Assembly (NCBI RefSeq): GCF_964204645.1
Contig: NC_134029.1
Coordinates: forward strand, 8,644,850-8,708,849
DNA from: Tubulanus polymorphus
Taxonomy: Eukaryota > Animalia > Nemertea
DNA length: 64,000 nucleotides
Direction: 5' to 3'
Of the stretch, positions 56,026-64,000 are shown piece by piece; the first letter of the stretch is position 1; each line of letters opens with the position of its first letter. The notes under the pieces were generated by a model. It searched no databases, was not told the DNA's origin, and was given only the letters and a program-made list of their open reading frames with translations. The translations under genes were made by a program, and so were the position numbers.

Positions 56026-58961
56026 CTGTGTGCAATAGAATACAAAAAATGTGACGAAATTATGAATTTCACGACAAAAATCGAAATGAATTTCGCGTTT
56101 AATCCCATTCAAACCAGAAAAAAGTCATTGAAGTCATTAGATATTACCTTTCAGGCAGTATTTTGTTTATCATACATATTGCTAAATTTGAAAATCTGAA
56201 TCAACATTCTGCGAGATACCAATTTTACGAATACTTATATATGAGAATATTTTCTTTCGAGATAGATAACCAGAAAATTATGGACGTTCTTGATTTTGTG
56301 ACCTTTACCTTTTATCACGAAAACCGCAAGCAGCGTGCATAAGTGCAAAATATCCATTTTCTATTCCCTATTATTCCCTACTCTAATCTCGTCAATCCAT
56401 TTGAAGTACGTATATGTATAAGAGCGTTGAGTCCCTTCTCTCTCTCTCGAACGACACCAAAAATCAATTACATACGAAAATGCAGTTTCAAAGATTATAT
56501 TTCCGCTTAAACGCCATGTCCGCTCAGTGTATTGCAGAAGCTAGCGCAACAAGAAATCCATAGGTCTTTATGAAAATGACAAATACTATAACGACAGCGT
56601 GACGACAGCTGTTTCGACAATGGCTGGATACAACAGCTGCGCCTGAGTTTGATCGATTTAAAATGCTACTGAAATTCATCAACATTTTGTTGTTCCAACA
56701 TTAATCCAGTCTGTTTAAACACTGCAATCAATTTCAAGAGGTAATCCACTTTATGAAGGCTCCTCGTCCATTATTAGAGAGGTTCGCGTACGTTCAAAAT
56801 GGATGGATACAATGTAGATCTATTGCAAAAGGCTTAAGGAGAGTAGTACTTTTCTGATGTTATCTTTTTTTTAAAATATCCACCTATGAAAAGCTCGTCA
56901 TACATGTAATGGCTTTAAAAGCAGTCGCTACTTCATCAAAAAGACGAAAAAGGTCGATACAAATACAATTTGAATGCATACTTTGGAAAAATTAATTCAA
57001 ATGATGGATTCAGAAGATCATGTTTGTATGAAATAGGAAAATATTCCTACCCTATCACTCGTGCGCATCACGCCCTCTCGGGTCTTGTTAGATTTGTAGT
57101 GTGGTGACCCGCGTCGTCTGATTTTCCGGACCCGCCGGAGTTCCATCTTAATGGGGGTTGCGAACTTATTATCAGTAATTTTCAAAACGTATTGCCAACA
57201 CCGACCATTTGGCCCGGCTTTGGCCATGGGTCTGAACTGGTCCATAGGTGTATTGTCGTCTTGAGCATGCGACACAAGCAGATAATTTTGATAACTATAA
57301 ATATTTATTCCGAAAAAAACATCCATTCACCTGCGAACAACAATCCAATTATTACTTGACACTCATATTTGTAGAGCACACCGGGAACCCGCGGAAATAT
57401 TGATTAAAGATGGAGGGGATTCCGCGAAATACTTCCGGCGCGTAACAACATATTCAGAAATTTGATAGTCTTAGATTTAATTCAATGAACAAGCAAAACA
57501 AATAACACACAGTCAACGTCACACAGGATACAAAACAACATATGTAGAAGTCTGATTTCAGATTGTCGGTATTGAATAGCTGACCTAATTTAAATAAAGG
57601 AACGCATATTTAAGGCCCATAGTAAAACGGGGGAGGGACGGGGGAGGTAACAGGCAGAAATCTCGAGGAGTATATGGCCCCTAAAGCCCTGTGATGTGCC
57701 AAACATCTGGAAAATTAAATTGAATATGTAACCATTTGTATTTGCCTATGAATTTCACTAGCTTGAAATTGGATGTAGGAATAAGGGAGAACACCCTTAA
57801 TGCCCCTAGACCCCTGTATCTTGTAATTCAATGAGGTATCCCTCAGTGTTTGAGGCCTACGTTTAGTGTGAAACTGTTCAAGTATTCTATGAACAAGAAT
57901 TAGGTCAGCTATCTCAATATGTAAAGTATGCTTTATCAATTTAACAATGTCGTGATATTTATGTCGACTTTTTGCGATACTGTCTCAACAAATCGACATA
58001 CATTTTTAGGTTAACTCGTGATAATTATGTCGAGATACAGTATATCGACGTAAGTTAAAGTCGTGATCCGTATCACGATTTACCATGATAAGTTTTCGCG
58101 ATACCACAACATTAACGCAATGTATCGACTTAATTATGTCGATAAATCGCTATATATCTCGTTTTTCGACATAATTTCGTCGTGATTAAGGGTCGCGACG
58201 GTTTTGTACAAGTCCCAAAAAGTGACAAAGTGCGATATTAGTCAATGAAAATAACGCACATTTCTATGTCGAAAAGTCGACTTTTTAAACAGAAAATAAA
58301 ATGTTGTTGGCCGCATTTCTCTTCTGTACGACACAAATCTTATCGCTATGATTTATTTTCGACTTAACGACAATCGCTGCCGCACGTTCTGGGCGACGGG
58401 TTGATGACATCCCGCTCGATGGACCAATTTATATCTTGGCCATATCTTCCACGAAGGAAGAGAACCTTGGTCACGAATTTGCATTTTGTCAAATAAACGT
58501 AAGTTCCTACGTCCTGTATTGGCGCGAGGCCACCAACTTGGCCTTCTACTTGGTTGCGAAACACGATGCGGTATCGCGAAGCCAATTCTAGGTGAGCACC
58601 ATCTGGTGTTTGATGTCGTGGTATGATTATAAAATCCAAAACTAGCTGTTGAAAACCGATTAACTACGGAATCTATAACTAGTAATATACATTTATTAAA
58701 CGCACGGTTATTGTAGAGTAGGGAAATGGGTTTTTATTACATTACATAGTAGCATAATAATCGGGGCGGATTTAGAGGGGGTTCGAAAAACCTGAAAACG
58801 AGCTGGAGATGAGATTTGATATCAGAGAAGGCAGCTAGAAACTGCGTGTTATGTGAGCAATGTACAATTGGAATGGATTTGATTTTGATTATCCATCACA
58901 CATAAAACAGCGATTTGTAACAAAATCAATAGGCCTGAACCAGTTTCAATCCAATCGAACT

Positions 58962-61900
58962 TCATTTTGTAACAAAGTCCGTCGTATTCGTTGAAGTTTC
59001 CGGCCCTACTCGAGCAGTTCTGGGAATAATCGACCGCGAAGGTCCGCCACCCGATATCGTGTTAACAGTGTTGGTTCTCTCATCCAAAGAATTGCCACTT
59101 GTCTGACCATCTTCGTTAAGATAAACTGCCATAACCTGAAATAGGTATAATATGATTATTGATTTCATTTCTTAATAAATATTTTTTCTCCACCAAAAAT
59201 TCACCGCGGCAGCTAATACACTATATGACCACCGCTAACAATGTTCCCACACACGCTAAGGAATAAATAAATTACAAATGAGAGAATAAAATGATCATAA
59301 AAGTCGATATTGAATAGAGAAAAATAAAATGTCAACTTTACGCCTGAGCTCCAGAACTGAAAGTACTTGCCTACATGGTTCTGAATGGCTGGTTGCCTAT
59401 GAGCTCAAGGGTGCGCCACCAGCAAAACACCGGAATCGCCTTTTATTGCTCGATGGGAAACTATGCATTCACACATCTTTGTTAAATTGTGTGCATAATT
59501 ACAATATAGCATCGACAGAATATAATTTATTGAGGGGACACCCCCAAGTCTAAAGACTGTACCAAATGATGGGGGGGGGGGGGGGTCCCCCAAAAGATCA
59601 ATAGTAAACATATATTATCAAAGTGCTAAATTAATGGCACATTTTCGGCATAATTCTTACCGCTGGTTGGGAAAAGATTCATTGAAACCTTCACTAATTG
59701 TTAATTTGTCACTAGTTTCTTAGTAATATTGGTGGTGGAAGTTCTGTCATTGGATTTCCAATTAATTCTCTAACGGTAGACAAAAGAAATGTCTAAACCT
59801 ATAGTGAATACAGTAGTGGTTGATGAATGAGCAAATGACGATGCTCCGTGTACCGGGCTCCGTAATCCAAATCGATCTATCGATTGGACCATAGAACTAT
59901 AAGCGAAAGGAAAGGCCGACTCCTCAAAAATCCACCACTAGGCACCGCTAGTAATTTTGTGTTTTGTTCAGCGCCCTCACCGGTGGCAATTAACAATAGA
60001 TGTTGTTGACTGGTTGCCGGTCTCTATTCTTAATTTAGCCTTTTTCATTGATTTGTTTAAGTCTTAATACCAAATCTTGAAAAACGGTAATATTCAATGC
60101 ACGCAGAGATTAATATAATCGAAAAACGAGAACCTATCCTTTATCGCTACCGATTTCGAAGATAGCAAAGGCAAATGTATAGTGATCTTGGGTAGAGAGT
60201 CTAGATAATTAAAAATCCATAGCAGCAAAAACAGTACAAATCTCATATCTAATGAGTAACATATATTTATTATAGCGAACGTTTTCGGGTTACATTATCC
60301 CCTCTTCAGGCATAGCGCAAGTGATTGAATTTACATATCATACTGATTGAACTCAGTACTGTTGATTGAATCATACTGATTGATACTCAGTGATTGAATT
60401 TACATATCATACCAGTATGATATGTAAATTCAATCACTTGCGCTATGCCTGAAGAGGGGATAATGTAACCCGAAAACGTTCGCTATAATGAATATATGTT
60501 ACTCATTAGATATGAGATTTGTACTGTTTTTGCTGCTATGGATTTTTAAATGTATAGTGACGTCACAGAGTTGGCCTTCCCTTTCGCTTATAGTTCTATG
60601 ATTGGACGTAGCCTTATTGAGGCATTCAGATTTTACATACGAACATGTACTTACTTTTGGAAGAAATACAAAACTCAGTGTGGTCGCACTACAAAACCAA
60701 AGAAATCCTCCGATGATGACGTAAAAGGCGGTCGGATTATCGCTCAAAACATGCGAGAGAGTAGTGCCCAGAATAGCAAATATAACAGTGTTGTAGATAG
60801 CTATTCCGATGTACTTGCTATCATTCAAACCAGGTATCGAAACTTTCCTGAAACACGATTGATGATCAAAAATCAGTTTTAGTTACAACAGCTTTTTTTA
60901 TACAAACACCTGATAAGATATAGCCGCAAAGCAGCGATAACGGGTTGTTTGCAAAGCCATTCAGGATGATGGGAATTGAAGAAAATTTAAATACCGATAC
61001 ATAGAATAAAATGCATTGACAGATTCGAACCTAATATGCAACCCAACACTAACGTTCGGAATCAATCTTATTGAGCCATTCCACCTGATACCAAGAGGCC
61101 GCAACTTAATCCACAACTAATACTCACCTGGTTTGCCAGGTGAGAAAGATTCCGAATATGAGAAGTAACCCCTTTAGTACGTAAATAGATATTTTCCAAT
61201 ATGTACTCTGACTTGCCGTACACGCAATGAGGATATTGGTTACAACGTAACTTTCCTTTAAACCCTTGACAACCTGAATTCAATAAAAGTTAGAGCTTAC
61301 AGTCGATAAGATATTTGTTTTACTAACATATGTGCGCGCATGTATAGACATGAGAAATATGGCCTTCTTCATAACTGGGATCTGGTGCAAGTGATTCCTT
61401 TTCTCTTGAATGGTCAATGTACCTAGAGGGAAATTGTTTTTTTATCCGCAGCTAGAAGCTGTGGATGTATGTTTTGCAAAAAGTAACACCACAATTCTCA
61501 TGATTTTCGTACACTTTCAAAGTTTCACAATGGATCGAGTTCGAGGAACGGTTTTGAGTGATCAACCAGTGATCAAATCATTCTGCTATCATCTCGAGGA
61601 TGTTATAGACCTGATGCGACTTATTAGAAGATTGTCCAAAAAGACGTTCATGCGCTTAAGTGACGCGTGAGCCACTAAAAGGTTCTTGATGGAATTGGCA
61701 GTCAAGGAAACAAGTCAATGGCACTGACTGAAGTATACAGGAAATGAAAACAGGTACTTACCGTGGGTGGGTAGTAAGTCCGACTTGGTTTCAGCGGGTC
61801 CACTATGTGCCAGCAGGTCAAGATGATGACGTCTACACACAGAAGCACGCCGACCATCAAAATCAGATTCCGATCCATGATTTTCTGAATTGAAGAGAAA

Positions 61901-63861
61901 ACGATCTGTTTGAAGTACGGAAGCCCCTTGGTGACATACGAGATGATATTTTCACAATTTCGTCAAATTTCGAGTTAATTATGCCGAGTTATTTTTATGT
62001 CGAATTACGAGTTATTTTTATGTCAAAATTCGAGATAATAAGTCTACATGAAAATGACACGAAATTCGACATCATTAACTGGAATTTCGACTTATTATGT
62101 CAAATTTCGAGATAAAAAGTCGAAATTCGACTTAATAAGTCGAAATTGTGAAAAATATCTCGTATGTCACCTAGGGGCTTCCGGACGTGTGTTTTAAAGG
62201 GTTTTAAAGAGAAAAATAGCCGCGAACATATCCTTTAATTGAGTTCCTCGACAATTTCTATTGTTTAATCTATCGCCTCCCATTACACAACGACTGAAAA
62301 TCTTTGATATGTAACTTTTCCATCATTGATAATACTATATGATAATTCGAACCGGTACGTGAAATATCTGACCATAGTACGTAGATATCGTTTCTATGGT
62401 CTAAGTAAATCTGAATTCAAATAAAAGAATCAATTATCTCTGTGCTCGAATAACTAAATTAAGAGCCAGTTCTGCATAATCATTTGATAGAAAAAGGTCG
62501 TCATCACTCTTTGAAACCTCTTATATATGTCTATTTATCTATGCAATCATATCCAAAGAAACTATGTTTATAATCTTGTACATATTATAAGTAAATAAAT
62601 CATTCATTCATTCAACCAGAAAACCGTCTCTGCACGTAATACGAAACGTAATATTCCTGTAATACTGTGATGTAATACATATACATTTCCTATCCTTTGT
62701 TGTAAAAAATTCGTACTTTAAAGACAATCATATCGTATTGATGATTTTGATATATCATTTCTCTCAAATGTTTAGAATTTTGATAAAGCTGATATTTTGA
62801 ATTTACCGAAATATACGTATGTATGCTCCCAACAGAGTATTACTGTAAATAGGTATTATTGTTACAAACCTTTTTACAGTTGCTAGCCGCCATTTTGTTA
62901 GGGTACTTTTGTACCGTATTGTTGGGTCATTTTTTTCTCTTTTTTAAAAACTATCCGTGATGTGTGCTGTATCATATTTCATCTGTCCATGGATATATTT
63001 TGACAGTTTCAGGAACATTCAAACCACGTGAATCTCTGGTTTTCAGTTATATAAAAATCATTTCTTAAATTTGCAACAATGCGACATAAGAGCGACATAA
63101 AAATCGGTGGTCAGTTTTTGCCGTGCGCATAGAAATCCAGGGTACTGAACTTTGAAGTTCGTTATTTTCAGAAATAATTTTCTAAAAAATCCAAACATTT
63201 CAAGAACTGTGCGCATAAACGCCCCCTTTCAGATGAACTTTGAAATTTTAAGATATCTTGCCTAGTTTTTTTCCTATGGCACTTTAACTGCAGCGCGTGT
63301 ATTGTCATTCCGAGATTCGGCGCTGTTTTCTTAGCGTGTATTTCAGTATATGGGTAATATTTTTTCATTTTGCGCTTTGCGCTTTGTGTCATCCCTGCAT
63401 TCTGTTCTTTTATTTTGTTTTATTGCTATATTTTCTGTAAATTGTATATAGGGCACAAGCGTTGTGCACGTTTTAACCGAATAAAGATTGCATTTTCAAT
63501 TCGAATTGAATTTTTATGATATCTTTACCTTTCGTTGTTGCGTTTTGTTCGTGAAAATCGTGTAGACTCGCCAGGTTTTCGCGAACATAGATCCAAAGGC
63601 CAACGTGAATCCTATCGACAATAGCCACGGTGAAATCTTCGTGAAACAATTAAAAACATTAAAAGGCGACAATATACGGAAAAAAGCCAATACGAAGTAA
63701 GGTGAATTTGACATGGTCAGGTTCCCTGTTCTCATTTTACCTGACATTGTAGTCCAAGTGGCTCTAACTGGTCCAGACCTAGGATGATTACTTCTCCGAA
63801 ATTCAACAGGGTTCCCGCGACGATGATGTTGTTCATTGTAGGACTTGACATTTTAATAACC
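58962..63861 (-). CDS. 3' part (7TM_3) of a GABA-B-like class C GPCR that continues off the right edge. Exons 63861-63741, 63636-63529, 61884-61762, 61273-61128, 60847-60655, 59135-58962
   Basis: [75 protein letters not shown]; all phases compatible. Confidence 0.9.
60209..60549. mobile_element. Inverted Penelope-like pLTR fragments forming 137-bp near-perfect arms, with a hammerhead-like core
   Basis: 60209-60345 is the reverse complement of 60413-60549 (1 mismatch seen); arms contain CTGAAGA-GGGG..CCC-GAAA-ACGTTC. Confidence 0.7.
61918..62183. mobile_element. MITE with ~45-bp TIRs and internal ~22-bp AATTTCGAG-type repeats; related fragments at ~32120-32210 and ~57940-58330
   Basis: CGGAAGCCCCTTGGTGACATACGAGAT / ATCTCGTATGTCACCTAGGGGCTTCCG. 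Confidence 0.8.
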
Positions 63862-63949
63862 CTTGAAAACAATGACACACTGTTAATCTTTCTGCGCTAT
63901 GTATCAATCAACAAATAAAAACCAACATTAGATATATAGCAAAGTTTAT

Positions 63950-63996
63950 CACCTGACACTTTCGGGGTTATTTCTAAACCCCATCATCAGAGCAGG
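63950..63996 (-). ncRNA. Minimal hammerhead-ribozyme-like motif (Penelope pLTR type)
   Basis: Minus strand reads CT-CTGATGA-T-GGGGTT(tagaaat)AACCCC-GAAA-GTGTC-AG. Confidence 0.5.
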
Positions 63997-64000
63997 CGCG

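Noticed and set aside
57330-57370. First coding exon of the Ly6 gene
   Set aside because: Good phase-1 donor and hydrophobic codons, but no in-frame ATG before an upstream stop; left unassigned
58364-58639. 91-aa minus-strand ORF
   Set aside because: TTG start, no motif and no convincing splice context

Overview
This is eukaryotic DNA with GT-AG introns, microsatellites and MITEs. The gene content suggests an invertebrate, probably a lophotrochozoan; the taxon is inferred. The left 27 kb is a head-to-tail array with a ~13.3-kb period (two full units plus the end of a third). Each unit carries a 3-exon, ~1945-aa CUB/C-type-lectin/LDLa/LRR/7TM receptor gene (GRL101/LGR-like); one copy is intact and one is a frameshifted chimera. 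Each unit also has a Helentron-type element and a ~2.7-kb very AT-rich, intronless, virus-like island with terminal hairpins, zinc-finger ORFs and a 24-bp minisatellite, which begins exactly at the duplication junction. To the right are two class-A GPCR pseudogenes and tRNA-Val(CAC). Next come a secreted acidic-Tyr-repeat/discoidin/serine-protease gene and, adjacent to it, a gene with an intronless CDS for a secreted aerolysin/ETX-MTX2-type pore-forming protein with two unrecognised 8-Cys N-terminal modules. The window ends with a RERG-like GTPase, a GPI-anchored Ly6/uPAR gene, the 3' half of a GABA-B-like class C GPCR, and Penelope-type hammerhead remnants. Exon models were read by eye and no database searches were run.
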